Part shown: positions 18,736 through 28,741 of the stretch, one piece after another
How positions within the stretch are numbered: position 1 is the stretch's first letter
How the letters are laid out: each line of letters begins with the position of its first letter
Source of the DNA: a virus
IMG/VR virus record: IMGVR_UViG_3300032050_000010
Strand: one strand, 5' to 3'
DNA: 64,000 bases
Program-made: the position numbers and the translations under genes
Notes under the pieces: model-generated
Told to the model about the DNA's origin: nothing
Databases searched by the model: none
What the model saw: the letters and a program-made list of their open reading frames with translations, nothing else

Positions 18736-20991
18736 ATGCAGATTGTCGTCAAGAAGAAAGTTCTTGAGGAGATGATTGACCAAGTTGTTCGCGAGGTCAG
18801 CTCTTTTCACAGCGTAAGAATAGATGAGATCCCAGCCAAGCTCGATGACGAGGACGTCGTCAAGCCCACTGAGGAGATGGCCACACAGCTCTCGACGCAG
18901 AAGCCTAACGTTGACGATGACGCCTATAAGCCTGTCAATACGTCAGAGCTTACAAAGGCTGCGTCAGCTGTCGCAGAGAAGGTGCCTCAGGACAAGGTGC
19001 AGAAGTTCTACAAGCAGCTTAAGGATCTTGCACAGCAGACGGTCGACGGCAAAGAAGACGACAGCATGCTGAGTGAGAGAAAGATGTCCAGCATCCTCGC
19101 ATTCCTGCTCGATCGTCCTGTGTCGCTCCGTGAAGCTCGTAAAGGAGACATCGACCCACGGTCACCAGAGGGTATTGCTATCGATACGCAGATTAAAGCT
19201 TCTGATGCTAGCGTCGATAGATTTACAGGAAATATTGAGAGACAAGATAGACGGCAATCCGGATCAGTCAGCCTAAGTCGCGTTCCTTCACTAACGATGA
19301 GTGTTGTCTACTCACTGCTTGCTGCGATTGCCAAGAAATCTGGCGAGCAGTTTAAGCGCCCACAAGATCTTGCAGACATCAAGGCAGAGCTTCTTCAACC
19401 TGGTGCAATAACACTGTCTGATGACAAACGGAAGATGAAGCTGCGCGCTCGTGGAACCACAGCAGAAGTGGGCGGCTTTGGAACGGCCCTGCACAATGTC
19501 TCAAAAGAGCAGATGATTGCTGCAGCAGAGAAGGCAATAAACGACCACTTCGACGAGCTTGTTGAGTTCATCACAACAGGTCACCTGATGGGTGACCCAT
19601 CCAGCGGCATCAAGCGCGAACGTGAAGGATCACTTAGAACTGAAGCGGGCGACCTTGCTAAAGAGATTTTAATCCAACTTGGTGAGCAGCTCCCAATCAG
19701 TGCAAGTGTACCAGATGACACACTTAGAAGTTTTGGTACTGAATTGGGCGAATTTATTAAGAATACACTCAGCCCTGAAAATAATCAGTTTTCCTACACG
19801 TTTGCTGATCTTGTTATCAAGTTGAAAAAGGGCAAGAAGGGTCAAGAGGCTGCCGAAGAAGAGGAAGAAGATGCTGATGAAGTAAGCACAGTCAAGCAGG
19901 TCATCATTGACTTGTCTAAAGTTGCCGATGACATACAGCAACTTCCTGCAGAAGCTGGTGCCTATTCACGCGGTGACATGACAGCAATAGGACAGATGCA
20001 GATCGGTCGTGTCAACACAGCTGAATTCTTCAAGAATAAACTTGCTCAATCCATCATGACAAACATTGAAGATCTGTTGGAAAAATTTGTCAAGGTCAAG
20101 CATGACAAGTTCGCAGCAGGCATAGAAGGCCGCAACTTAGCATCTGACATACTTCGACGCATGGGTGGATCAAGAGCAGACATACCTGCTGAGAAAGTTA
20201 ATTTGCTCATGAGAGACATCAGTCAGTCGGGTGAGGAGGAGGGACAGACACCTGAGGAGATCGAGCGCCGGCAGTTTGATGCACTCTTTGCGTCAGACGT
20301 CCTTAGCAGAGAGCGCTTTGACATGAGGGTAGGCCTCTATCAGGCTTTTATTGAAGAATTCATGGGGCCTGTAATCTTCCTTGCTTCTAAGTCATTTGAG
20401 GATAGCACCAGAGTAAGTAGGGAATTCCAGAATGCCGCATTGAAGCCACTCAACCAGATTGCAGACAAAGATCCCGTCTTCAGCATGTACACAGACGTCT
20501 TGAAGATGTTCGGAAGTAGCAGAAAGATGCAGGTGTCAAAGTTCTTTAGAACCTATGAAAAGATCCTGCAAGATCCTGGATTTAAGGCGTTCGTTGAAAA
20601 TCAGACAGGTGCAACAGGAGTGTCAGATCTTAGTCGTGCATCAACAGCCTTCTTTGATAAAGACATCACACTCGTCTTCATCGTCAATATGGCAGCTGCA
20701 TATGCTAAGACAAAGCTTCGTGAACCTACCATGGTGCACGCACTTGTTGGAAAGACACAAGATGATGAATTTAATATTGTCAAATCTTTCAAAAATTACC
20801 TGGAGAAAGACGTCATCAATGGCATCAAGGACGGCGACCCAGAGCCTCTCAAGTTACTCAAGAAAGTCGAGGACATGATCGAGGACAGCGGGATGGGTTT
20901 CGTCAAGAAGCAGCCTGAGAATAAGAAAAAGGGTGAACCCGTGAGTGAAGCTGCCATCCTGCGCAGTATAATCAGGCGTGCAATCCGCTGA
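18736..20991 (+). CDS. Large hypothetical, putative internal virion protein
   Basis: 751 aa; N-terminal LEEMIDQVVRE and C-terminal VSEAAILRSIIRRAIR motifs. Confidence 0.6.
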   Translation: MQIVVKKKVLEEMIDQVVREVSSFHSVRIDEIPAKLDDEDVVKPTEEMATQLSTQKPNVDDDAYKPVNTSELTKAASAVAEKVPQDKVQKFYKQLKDLAQQTVDGKEDDSMLSERKMSSILAFLLDRPVSLREARKGDIDPRSPEGIAIDTQIKASDASVDRFTGNIERQDRRQSGSVSLSRVPSLTMSVVYSLLAAIAKKSGEQFKRPQDLADIKAELLQPGAITLSDDKRKMKLRARGTTAEVGGFGTALHNVSKEQMIAAAEKAINDHFDELVEFITTGHLMGDPSSGIKREREGSLRTEAGDLAKEILIQLGEQLPISASVPDDTLRSFGTELGEFIKNTLSPENNQFSYTFADLVIKLKKGKKGQEAAEEEEEDADEVSTVKQVIIDLSKVADDIQQLPAEAGAYSRGDMTAIGQMQIGRVNTAEFFKNKLAQSIMTNIEDLLEKFVKVKHDKFAAGIEGRNLASDILRRMGGSRADIPAEKVNLLMRDISQSGEEEGQTPEEIERRQFDALFASDVLSRERFDMRVGLYQAFIEEFMGPVIFLASKSFEDSTRVSREFQNAALKPLNQIADKDPVFSMYTDVLKMFGSSRKMQVSKFFRTYEKILQDPGFKAFVENQTGATGVSDLSRASTAFFDKDITLVFIVNMAAAYAKTKLREPTMVHALVGKTQDDEFNIVKSFKNYLEKDVINGIKDGDPEPLKLLKKVEDMIEDSGMGFVKKQPENKKKGEPVSEAAILRSIIRRAIR

Positions 20992-21003
20992 TTAGGAGGC
21001 GCT

Positions 21004-21339
21004 GTGAGCTTTGGATTTAAACTTCCCTTCCGCGAGGAGGGGCTTCCCGTCAAGGTCGACCAGAGCACATGGGCGCACTTCGACGATGGCAGAAAGCTGA
21101 GGAAGACATACGAGTTTGTCAAGTTCAGAGCTTTCCACTCCTTCGTCTCAGAGCTGCTCGTCAAAGCCCGACAGATGCACCACGAGCCGCACATCGAGCT
21201 CGAGGGGCTGAAGGTCACGATCACGCTGCAGACCCGTGTGATCGACGATGTGTCAGAGCAAGATCTCGTCCTGTCACGGTTCTGTGACGACCTCTACAAC
21301 GACGTCCGTTACTACTACGGCACTGATAAGGTCGCCTGA
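21004..21339 (+). CDS. Pterin-4-alpha-carbinolamine dehydratase-like protein
   Basis: W...KLRKTYEF..F..F, HHEPHI, VTITLQT, VSEQDL. Confidence 0.75.
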   Translation: MSFGFKLPFREEGLPVKVDQSTWAHFDDGRKLRKTYEFVKFRAFHSFVSELLVKARQMHHEPHIELEGLKVTITLQTRVIDDVSEQDLVLSRFCDDLYNDVRYYYGTDKVA

Positions 21340-21704
21340 TGCTACTAATGAGTGACGATCTGACAGATCGAATAATTTTGGCACACGACGAAGATGATGA
21401 CGGCCAAGTCGACACCATCACGTCTGTTGACGTCACATTCCACCTCGACGGTTCACAAATCACCATTCCGCTCAAGAAGATGAGTTTCTCGACCGATGAG
21501 ATCACATTGTCCTTCACAGCAGTACCTGCTCTACCCGTCATGATGCACCAGCATGTGGGCGCCGTGAAGTGCGTTGTCACAGCAGGCCACCACATGCTAG
21601 ATTTTGACCTGAAAAACTGTGCAGTCACGTGGGATAATACGGAAGGAAAGCAACTTTGCACGATAGTTAATAGATTAGAGCAGCATGCTAGGAGATCTGA
21701 ATGA
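21339..21704 (+). CDS. Hypothetical protein
   Basis: Coupled ORF. Confidence 0.5.
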   Translation: MLLMSDDLTDRIILAHDEDDDGQVDTITSVDVTFHLDGSQITIPLKKMSFSTDEITLSFTAVPALPVMMHQHVGAVKCVVTAGHHMLDFDLKNCAVTWDNTEGKQLCTIVNRLEQHARRSE

Positions 21705-21874
21705 GCCAAGAGTTCGACTTCAGTAAGTTTATGGAAGACATCGTTGAGCGCGAGGAGCACCAAGCCGAGCGCGTCGTTGAGTGGCAGCGCGACCAGGATC
21801 AACATCCTGCCCGCATCTACAACAAGCTCTACCGAGAGCTTCCCCAGAACCGCACAAAGTGGAGCGGACGATGA
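21701..21874 (+). CDS. Small hypothetical protein (57 aa, not in ORF track)
   Basis: MSQEFDFSKF...KWSGR*; SD AGGAG; ATGA overlaps at both ends. Confidence 0.6.
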   Translation: MSQEFDFSKFMEDIVEREEHQAERVVEWQRDQDQHPARIYNKLYRELPQNRTKWSGR

Positions 21875-22599
21875 GCACGATCAAGATCAAGAACGCCAGC
21901 CAGTTGGCGCAGTTTCTGAAGGTGCTCGCTGAGGAGAGCGTCACCACGGCGCAGGTCGACATCGACGACGAGCGTCGCCGGCAGAAGAGCGCTGCAAGCG
22001 CCGCCAAGCGCGATCTGGGACGCTTCATGCAGGAAGAGGACGCGCCCGGAGCAGCACCCGCTGCGGCACCCGCCCCTGAGCCGCCCGCCGACCTGGCCGC
22101 TGATCCTACTATGACAGCTCCACCCAAGGAAAAGGCAGCCGCTGCTCCTGCGCCTACACCAGGCGAGCAAGATCCTCTTGAGCCCTCCTTTGACGCGATG
22201 ACACGAGCGATCCTCGACCTGCGCAGCGGCAAGTCAGTGCGGGACAGTGCGATCGAGACGGAGCTTGAGGCCTACTACGACCGGCTCCAGGACGCTGAGC
22301 GATATGCTATGATCATCTTCCTACGTGCCCTGTCGGGCATCGTCACAGGCAAGATGACGGGCGCCCAGGCAGCTGAGCCCGGTGATGAGCCCCACAGCAT
22401 CACCATCAGCCGTGCAGGTGAGGAAGAGGCCGCGCCCGAGGCACCTCCTGCTGGAGAGCCTGCAGCAGGAGCAGCTCCGCCAGCTGCTCCCCCTGCTCCT
22501 GAGGAGCCACCAGCGCCAGCCGGCCCAATCCAGGTGGGCAGCCCGGTCACCGAGGCATTCCGCGAGCGGATCAGGCAGCTGATCAGAGCCAACAAGTAA
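21871..22599 (+). CDS. Pro/Ala-rich hypothetical, putative virion protein
   Basis: Start reassigned to MSTIKIK; C-terminal VTEAFRERIRQLIR. Confidence 0.6.
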   Translation: MSTIKIKNASQLAQFLKVLAEESVTTAQVDIDDERRRQKSAASAAKRDLGRFMQEEDAPGAAPAAAPAPEPPADLAADPTMTAPPKEKAAAAPAPTPGEQDPLEPSFDAMTRAILDLRSGKSVRDSAIETELEAYYDRLQDAERYAMIIFLRALSGIVTGKMTGAQAAEPGDEPHSITISRAGEEEAAPEAPPAGEPAAGAAPPAAPPAPEEPPAPAGPIQVGSPVTEAFRERIRQLIRANK

Positions 22600-22603
22600 G
22601 CTC

Positions 22604-22819
22604 ATGCCCCGGCGCCCCGAGCACTACGGTTCGATCCAGTACCTCGAGGAGATGGACAAGATCCTCAGGACGCTGGACGAGCTGCGCCACTGCATGGGAC
22701 GGGATGAGCGTAAAGAGAGGTATACAGTGTCGAGAGCGATGGACAGCATCAGACACCTGCGTGGGAAGGCGAAGCGACACGGCGTGCGGTTAGGCTTGAT
22801 CGCCGAGGAGGATGTGTGA
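22604..22819 (+). CDS. Hypothetical protein
   Basis: Packed ORF. Confidence 0.5.
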   Translation: MPRRPEHYGSIQYLEEMDKILRTLDELRHCMGRDERKERYTVSRAMDSIRHLRGKAKRHGVRLGLIAEEDV

Positions 22820-23586
22820 TGTTACGCAACCATGATCTAATAAGACAACTGATCCGTGAAGTTCTCGCTGAAGAGCGCGGACCCGTCTCACAGACTGTTG
22901 TAATCGGCCCAGTCGGTAGTACGTTTCGTCCTGTTGCTGCTCCTGGGCTCGGCAAGATCATCATCGCGTCAGCATTTGCGAAGGCGTATGGGTGGCTTGG
23001 TGACTACACAGGTGAAGGCTGCATTATGGCCAATCCAAACTACCCATGCACAAGGTCACAGCCCCTCTTTGAAGCATACAGCGGTGCAGCGGCATCTACT
23101 GGAACCACGGGCACTACACCCGCACCTGCGGGAGATTTTCAATCAAATACATACACAACTGCTTTAGGCGGCGACAAAGTTGATCTGATCGCGTCTTATA
23201 CCGCAGCGTCAGTTGCGGCGCAGCAGTGGGTCCTTGATAATAAACAGGAATTTAGCCAACTCACCTTTGACGCTGCCCGACAGGAAGTTGTTGATAGCGT
23301 CAGTACGATGCTGAGCAAGACGTGCCTCGTCAGCACAAGTCTTGACAATAAAAAGATAGACGATATGATACTCAATAAGCTGAACAAGCGCGCCGACTTC
23401 AAAGCATTTCTCTTAAAGTTTGTCGACTCTGCACACTCTGACTTCATTTCAATCACAAACGGTCATAGTTCTAAGTTCAAGATGGACACAAAATTCAGCG
23501 GCTCACTACCAGCTCAAATTCAAACTATCCAAAAAGAAGAGACAGCAGAGTACAATAGCGCAAAAGCAGAGATCAAAAAACTTTAA
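22816..23586 (+). CDS. Hypothetical, putative internal virion protein
   Basis: N-terminal LIRQLIREVLAE. Confidence 0.55.
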   Translation: MMLRNHDLIRQLIREVLAEERGPVSQTVVIGPVGSTFRPVAAPGLGKIIIASAFAKAYGWLGDYTGEGCIMANPNYPCTRSQPLFEAYSGAAASTGTTGTTPAPAGDFQSNTYTTALGGDKVDLIASYTAASVAAQQWVLDNKQEFSQLTFDAARQEVVDSVSTMLSKTCLVSTSLDNKKIDDMILNKLNKRADFKAFLLKFVDSAHSDFISITNGHSSKFKMDTKFSGSLPAQIQTIQKEETAEYNSAKAEIKKL

Positions 23587-23598
23587 TTAACAATAGGT

Positions 23599-23988
23599 GT
23601 GTCTTACTATATTAGAGATATGAGCAACACTAATCAGCGCAATTGGCTACCAGAGATCGTCTACGAGGAGATGGAGGGCGGTGGCTCCTCCAAGATCCCA
23701 TTCATCCACGTCCCTGACGACGTCGATGACCCACCCCTTCTCTTCATCTTCCTGACACGTAAGACAGGAGAAGTTGAGCCCGGTCCCGAGGGTGAGGAAG
23801 TTCCCGTCGTCGACATGACACTTCACCAGTTCGTCGACATGCAGCGTCTCCAGGAGAAGCTGACACCTGACGTCTTTGATCAGGTTCGCGCCGCTGTGGG
23901 CCTCGAGCCACGGGCTGACGCCGCGAGGAAGGGTAAGGGCATCACGTCAAATATCAGAGCACGTGTGGAAAGTTCCCAAGCTGAGTGA
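23599..23988 (+). CDS. Hypothetical protein
   Basis: ORF; real start may be the downstream MSNTNQ. Confidence 0.55.
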   Translation: MSYYIRDMSNTNQRNWLPEIVYEEMEGGGSSKIPFIHVPDDVDDPPLLFIFLTRKTGEVEPGPEGEEVPVVDMTLHQFVDMQRLQEKLTPDVFDQVRAAVGLEPRADAARKGKGITSNIRARVESSQAE

Positions 23989-24007
23989 TAGATAATCTCA
24001 GAGGATA

Positions 24008-24367
24008 ATGACCATGTTCGATATCAACCGCATCTGCCAGCTCGCCGGTCTTGAGGCACCTGCTGGTTCCAACGTCATCCGCGAGGGACGCGCCCCCGCC
24101 GCACGTAAGCCACTTCGTGAGTCAGCTGACAAGCAGCTCGACGTCGTCTACGAGATCGACGACCGTGAGCTCATGGCCGAGGCGAAGCGCGCCGAGAAGA
24201 ACCTCGTCGAGCACGACTTCCGCATGGCAGTCCGTGAGGAGATCGGCCAGATCCTGAACGGCCTCGAGCACGGCAGCCGCTGGATCTACGGCACGAAGGA
24301 GAACCAGCCCCGCAACAGCCGCATGGGCCAGATCGCCCGTGGTGGCCTCGGCATCGGCTTCAAGTAA
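24008..24367 (+). CDS. Hypothetical, putative virion protein
   Basis: RICQLAGL, VIRE, PLRE, FRMAVREEI; strong codon bias. Confidence 0.6.
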   Translation: MTMFDINRICQLAGLEAPAGSNVIREGRAPAARKPLRESADKQLDVVYEIDDRELMAEAKRAEKNLVEHDFRMAVREEIGQILNGLEHGSRWIYGTKENQPRNSRMGQIARGGLGIGFK

Positions 24368-24414
24368 GATCATTCTTATTTGAACAAACTTGACCGACTT
24401 CGTATTATGCGTTT

Positions 24415-24729
24415 ATGCAGAACTACGAAGTCGGTCAAATTGTCTATCTACTCGTCAAGGGCGAGATGAAGGTCATTCCCACTCGGGTGGTCGAGGCGAT
24501 CACCCGGAAGACACTTGAGGGAGTGGCAACTACCTACATGGTCCAGCTGCCGGACAAGGACAGGTCGGTCATGGATCTAACAGAGCTTGACGCTGAGCCC
24601 TACAACGACCTGAACAGGGTGCGTGAGGTAATGTTGGAGCGAGTCACTGCGTCCATTGAGGGAACAATCAAGCGCTCAGAAGCCCTGGCTCGTGCTCTGA
24701 TGGGCAACACGCAGAGCGACGCCGCCTGA
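24415..24729 (+). CDS. Hypothetical (SH3-like N-terminus YEVGQIVY)
   Basis: TATTAT 6 nt upstream. Confidence 0.55.
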   Translation: MQNYEVGQIVYLLVKGEMKVIPTRVVEAITRKTLEGVATTYMVQLPDKDRSVMDLTELDAEPYNDLNRVREVMLERVTASIEGTIKRSEALARALMGNTQSDAA

Positions 24730-24776
24730 CCCGTGCGCGCTCACACAGCTGTGGTATGATGGCTGCAGGAGATACG

Positions 24777-25592
24777 ATGCGACACCTTCTTCTCGACGGC
24801 TACAACCTCATGCACCGTGCACGCTTCGGCATGCGTAACGGTGACCACTACGTCATCTTCAACTTCTTCCGGTCGCTTCGCCCACTGGTCGAGCAGTTTG
24901 CACCCTGCAAGGTGACGCTCTTCCTGGAGGGTGTCCCACAGCACCGGATCAACTTGGACGGCGAGTACAAGGCAAACCGGGTCGCCGAGCCAGGCACGAA
25001 GCAGCACGCTGAGTTGGCCGAGTTCCGTAAGCAGAAGCGGGTGATCCTGGAGCTCCTCCAGCACCTGCCTGTGGATCTTGTCAAGCACGACCACCTCGAG
25101 TGCGACGACGCGATCGGCAGTTGGGTGCAGGCCCACCGTGACACGGATGAGTGCGTCGTTGTCTCAACTGACACTGACTTCATCCAGCTGCTAGTGCACC
25201 CAAACGTCAAGCTCTACAACCCAGTGCGTAAGGCCTTCATCGATCCGGCTCCCCACGACTACGTCCTCTGGAAGGCACTGCGCGGTGACAAGACGGACAA
25301 TATTCCTGGCCTTCCAGGCATCACGGACGGCAAGGCGACCAAGATCTGCGCCGACGAGCGCCTCCTAAAAAATCTACGGGATGACCCAGAGATGGCGCCG
25401 TTGCTCGAGCGCAACCTCACCTTGGTTGCCTTCAAGTACACACCCCTCGATGATCCTGGTTACAACAGGGTGGTACCGACGGTGGATTACGATGCACTCA
25501 AGCAGGCTTTCACCGATCTTGGCTTCTATTCCATCGTCAACACGACTTCGTGGCCCAAGTACTGCAAGACGTTCGACTCCGTATACAAATAG
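24777..25592 (+). CDS. 5'-3' exonuclease (PolI N-terminal / flap endonuclease family)
   Basis: LLDGYNLMHRA, YKANR, ECDDAI, STDTDFIQL, LRGDKTDNIPG. Confidence 0.93.
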   Translation: MRHLLLDGYNLMHRARFGMRNGDHYVIFNFFRSLRPLVEQFAPCKVTLFLEGVPQHRINLDGEYKANRVAEPGTKQHAELAEFRKQKRVILELLQHLPVDLVKHDHLECDDAIGSWVQAHRDTDECVVVSTDTDFIQLLVHPNVKLYNPVRKAFIDPAPHDYVLWKALRGDKTDNIPGLPGITDGKATKICADERLLKNLRDDPEMAPLLERNLTLVAFKYTPLDDPGYNRVVPTVDYDALKQAFTDLGFYSIVNTTSWPKYCKTFDSVYK

Positions 25593-25615
25593 CATACGGT
25601 GATTACTTTTAGGGT

Positions 25616-25804
25616 ATGAATCCACTACCCGACGATAAGCAGAAGTTACTGAGAGAGAACGGCCTAATGAGGGAAAACGAGGTTGCGTATGCAGCCGGTG
25701 ACCTCTTAGTCGTTGAGAATGTCATCACCCGCGAGCGCCGGACACTGCAAGTTGCAACCGTCCAGCCCCTCTTCGAGAGCTCCAAGCGTCTGTTGAGAGG
25801 TTGA
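25616..25804 (+). CDS. Small hypothetical protein
   Basis: ORF directly upstream of groEL. Confidence 0.55.
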   Translation: MNPLPDDKQKLLRENGLMRENEVAYAAGDLLVVENVITRERRTLQVATVQPLFESSKRLLRG

Positions 25805-25805
25805 G

Positions 25806-27401
25806 ATGGAAGAGACAGACAAGTTAGTCGTCTTTGATGCAGCTGCTCGTGAGAAGCTCCTCGCGGGTGTCAATACTTTGGCCGATGCTGTCCGAGTGAC
25901 GATGGGCCCACGAGGTCGCAACGTCCTGATCGAGCAGCGCGGTCAACACCCGATCGTCACTAAGGACGGCGTCACTGTTGCGAAGTCGATCAATCTCCGC
26001 GACAAGTTGCAGAACTTGGGCGCCCAGATGATCAAGGAGGCAGCGTCCCGTTCGGCTGATGAAGCAGGAGATGGGACAACCACAGCAACTGTCCTCACGC
26101 AGGCGATCTTCAGCGAAGGCCTAAAGCTTGTTCTAGCAGGCTACCCATCGACTGACATCAAGGCGGGTATCGACCAAGCAGTCGAGCAGATCATCAGTAA
26201 GATTGACCAGATCGCTGTGCCTGCGGGATCACCAGAGGTACTGCGTCGTGTTGCAGTCATCTCAGCCAACGGCGAAGAGAGCCTGGGCGAGCTGATTGAG
26301 AATGCCATCAGGACAGTGGGTGAGGACGGTGTCGTCACAGTCGAGGAAGCAAAGGGTTACAACAGCAGCTTGACTGTCGTCGATGGCACTCGCATTGACC
26401 GCGGATACACGTCTCCCTACTTCGTCACCGATCAAGATCGGATGGTGTGTGAGATGGAGAAGCCTGCTGTGCTCCTCCTGAATAGGCGGATTGAGACGAT
26501 CAAGGACATTGTGGGCCTCCTCGAGAAGAGCCTGTCCAACAAGCGCCCACTCCTCATCATCGCAGACGACATCGACGGCGAAGCAATGCAGACACTCGTC
26601 CTTAACAGAGTGCGTGGTGCATTGAGCGTTTGTGCCATCAGAGCTCCTGGGGCTGGCGCAGGTCGATATGATCAGATGCAGGATCTTGCTGTCCTGCTCG
26701 GCACTCGTGTCTTCTCTGCTGCTGATGCTGAGGATCTGTCAAAGGTGCAACTCACAGAGTTAGGCACATGCAACAAGGCGCTGATCGGGCGCACCGAGAC
26801 AGTTCTAGTAGGCGCCAATGCTGACAGAGATCGGGTAGGTGAACGCCTCGACGAGATCCGGAAGCAGTATGCAGAGGCGATCGATGAGGGTGAGCGGCTG
26901 CAGACAAAGCAGCGTCTTGCCCGCCTATCAGGTGGCGTTGCCATCCTCCGTGTTGGCGGTGCCACCGAGGCGGAGCTTAAGGAACGTAAGGATCGTGCTG
27001 ACGACGCACTGCACGCTGTGCAAGCTGCCATGAAGGAGGGTGTCGTCCCCGGCGGTGGCACAACACTCGTCAGAGCAGCCAACGATGTCCCGCTTCCTGC
27101 TGGTGACTTCACACCTGTTCAGGCGGGCTTTCAGGTTGTCAAGACAGCATGCCGTGCACCGTTCAGGCAGATCGTCACAAATAGCGGTGGAACACCCGAG
27201 ATTGTGCTCAACCACTTGAACACGTTAAGCAGCACACACGTCTACGATGCCTTCCACGGCACTTATGGAGAGATGCTCGAGCTTGGGATCGTTGATCCTG
27301 CGCGGGTCGTCAAGTGTGCTCTGAGAAATGCCGCCTCTGCAGCAGGCATGATGCTCACTGTAGGATGCGCTCTCGTTGAGGATGAAGCGCCTGCAACGTG
27401 A
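25806..27401 (+). CDS. groEL: Chaperonin GroEL
   Basis: TMGPRGRNV, TKDGVTVAK, AGDGTTT, VGGATEAE, GVVPGGG, GIVDP. Confidence 0.96.
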   Translation: MEETDKLVVFDAAAREKLLAGVNTLADAVRVTMGPRGRNVLIEQRGQHPIVTKDGVTVAKSINLRDKLQNLGAQMIKEAASRSADEAGDGTTTATVLTQAIFSEGLKLVLAGYPSTDIKAGIDQAVEQIISKIDQIAVPAGSPEVLRRVAVISANGEESLGELIENAIRTVGEDGVVTVEEAKGYNSSLTVVDGTRIDRGYTSPYFVTDQDRMVCEMEKPAVLLLNRRIETIKDIVGLLEKSLSNKRPLLIIADDIDGEAMQTLVLNRVRGALSVCAIRAPGAGAGRYDQMQDLAVLLGTRVFSAADAEDLSKVQLTELGTCNKALIGRTETVLVGANADRDRVGERLDEIRKQYAEAIDEGERLQTKQRLARLSGGVAILRVGGATEAELKERKDRADDALHAVQAAMKEGVVPGGGTTLVRAANDVPLPAGDFTPVQAGFQVVKTACRAPFRQIVTNSGGTPEIVLNHLNTLSSTHVYDAFHGTYGEMLELGIVDPARVVKCALRNAASAAGMMLTVGCALVEDEAPAT

Positions 27402-27425
27402 TAAGTATTCAAGCGGAGTCGTAGT

Positions 27426-27770
27426 ATGCGCTTGCTGAATGAGGAGAACAAGCATCTCACATCCAAGATGATCAAGGTCACCTTGTCTGTGAAGATGAAC
27501 CAGGACGCTCACGTTCCTGACACGATGACACGTATCCGCGTCCTCCCAACCGTCGCTGTTGTGGGTCAGTCGGATCGTGTTGAGCGCTCCTCAGCGGGCG
27601 GTACTGTCATGGATGTCTACGTCAAGTTCCTGCCCAATCCAGGCAGCCTCTTCTACAACCTGATGACGCTCTGCAAGCTGATCAAGTCGCTTCCTGGCGT
27701 CCGCGTCGTCCGGGTCGTCGCAGTCGGGAACCGTCCTGTGATCTTCAAGGGTCGCCCGATCGTCGTATGA
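27426..27770 (+). CDS. Hypothetical protein
   Basis: ORF with SD GGAG. Confidence 0.55.
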   Translation: MRLLNEENKHLTSKMIKVTLSVKMNQDAHVPDTMTRIRVLPTVAVVGQSDRVERSSAGGTVMDVYVKFLPNPGSLFYNLMTLCKLIKSLPGVRVVRVVAVGNRPVIFKGRPIVV

Positions 27771-27973
27771 TGAACATCGTCGCAGGTTACCAGACAGATC
27801 TGGAGATGGCTTTAAATTGGCTGCGTCTCAAGAAAGCACTGCAAGATGTCAGTGAGCAGAGAAAGGAAGGCAACTTGTACATTGCCACCATACGCACTAA
27901 GATGAATAGGTCAGAAGTGCAAAAACTCCTCACGGATCGCTTCGGGCACTACGTCAAAGTCGCACCTCGTTAG
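27767..27973 (+). CDS. Hypothetical protein
   Basis: Coupled ORF. Confidence 0.45.
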   Translation: MMNIVAGYQTDLEMALNWLRLKKALQDVSEQRKEGNLYIATIRTKMNRSEVQKLLTDRFGHYVKVAPR

Positions 27974-28016
27974 GTGCATATCATCAACAACAAGCTAGTA
28001 TCAAGAGTAGTTAGAA

Positions 28017-28238
28017 ATGAACATCGGAACAAGTGACGATCTCGCACGCATGGAGACGTCTGACCTCGAGCGACTTCAGAACATCCTGAAGGATCGTATC
28101 AACCAAGCACGTCGTCGTCGAGATGACAGCATTCCACTTGAGATTGATCTCACATATGTCCAGCGCGAGCTTACTGACAGGCAGCGCCGATCCGAGTGGG
28201 TGGCTCGCAACATTGTTGCAAAAAGTGAGCAAGAGTAG
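28017..28238 (+). CDS. Hypothetical protein
   Basis: Helical small ORF. Confidence 0.5.
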   Translation: MNIGTSDDLARMETSDLERLQNILKDRINQARRRRDDSIPLEIDLTYVQRELTDRQRRSEWVARNIVAKSEQE

Positions 28239-28282
28239 TTTTCACCGGCAAAACGGTGTTTAAATCAAGCTCAGGAGGAAAC

Positions 28283-28645
28283 ATGGCATACACATTCTAC
28301 AAGTACGACTACAACACACCCCACCCTGACACGGCTCGTGCAAACATCCTAAGCAACGACAAGGGCATGACGATCGAGCTTGAAGCACCAGGCTTCAGCC
28401 GTAGCGACATCACTGTCGAGACGAAGGGGTCAACACTGACAGTGACAGCAAAGCGCACTGACGCTCCCGAGGAGAAGTATCGCATTCAGGAGTTTAACGC
28501 ACACCACTTGACACGGTCGTGGACACTTCCCAAGTCGATCGACGTTGACAAGATCGTTGCAGCGTACGATGCAGGCATCCTCACGTTGACGATGCCCTAC
28601 CGCAGCGACTCCGTCTTCGAGACACGTCGCATCGAGATCGCCTGA
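28283..28645 (+). CDS. Small heat-shock protein (Hsp20)
   Basis: ELEAPGF...DITV, LTV, RSWTLP..IDVDKI.A.YDAGILTL; SD AGGAGG. Confidence 0.9.
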   Translation: MAYTFYKYDYNTPHPDTARANILSNDKGMTIELEAPGFSRSDITVETKGSTLTVTAKRTDAPEEKYRIQEFNAHHLTRSWTLPKSIDVDKIVAAYDAGILTLTMPYRSDSVFETRRIEIA

Positions 28646-28654
28646 TCTCACTCT

Positions 28655-28682
28655 AGGGCGCCCTTCTATGGGCGCCCTTTTT
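28655..28682 (+). terminator. Rho-independent terminator
   Basis: AGGGCGCCC-TTCTAT-GGGCGCCCT followed by TTTT. Confidence 0.85.
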
Positions 28683-28688
28683 GTGCCC

Positions 28689-28716
28689 GTGCGGGCCCAG
28701 CGCAACATGGTATAAT
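28689..28716 (+). promoter_or_regulatory. Putative promoter GTGCGG-N16-TATAAT upstream of the sigma gene
   Basis: Extended -10 TGGTATAAT; same -35 family as other sites. Confidence 0.6.
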
Positions 28717-28741
28717 AAAGACAGGAGGCAAGGAAGCAAGA

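Noticed and set aside
25616-25804. groES
   Set aside because: Lacks the PLxDRV and mobile-loop motifs and is too short
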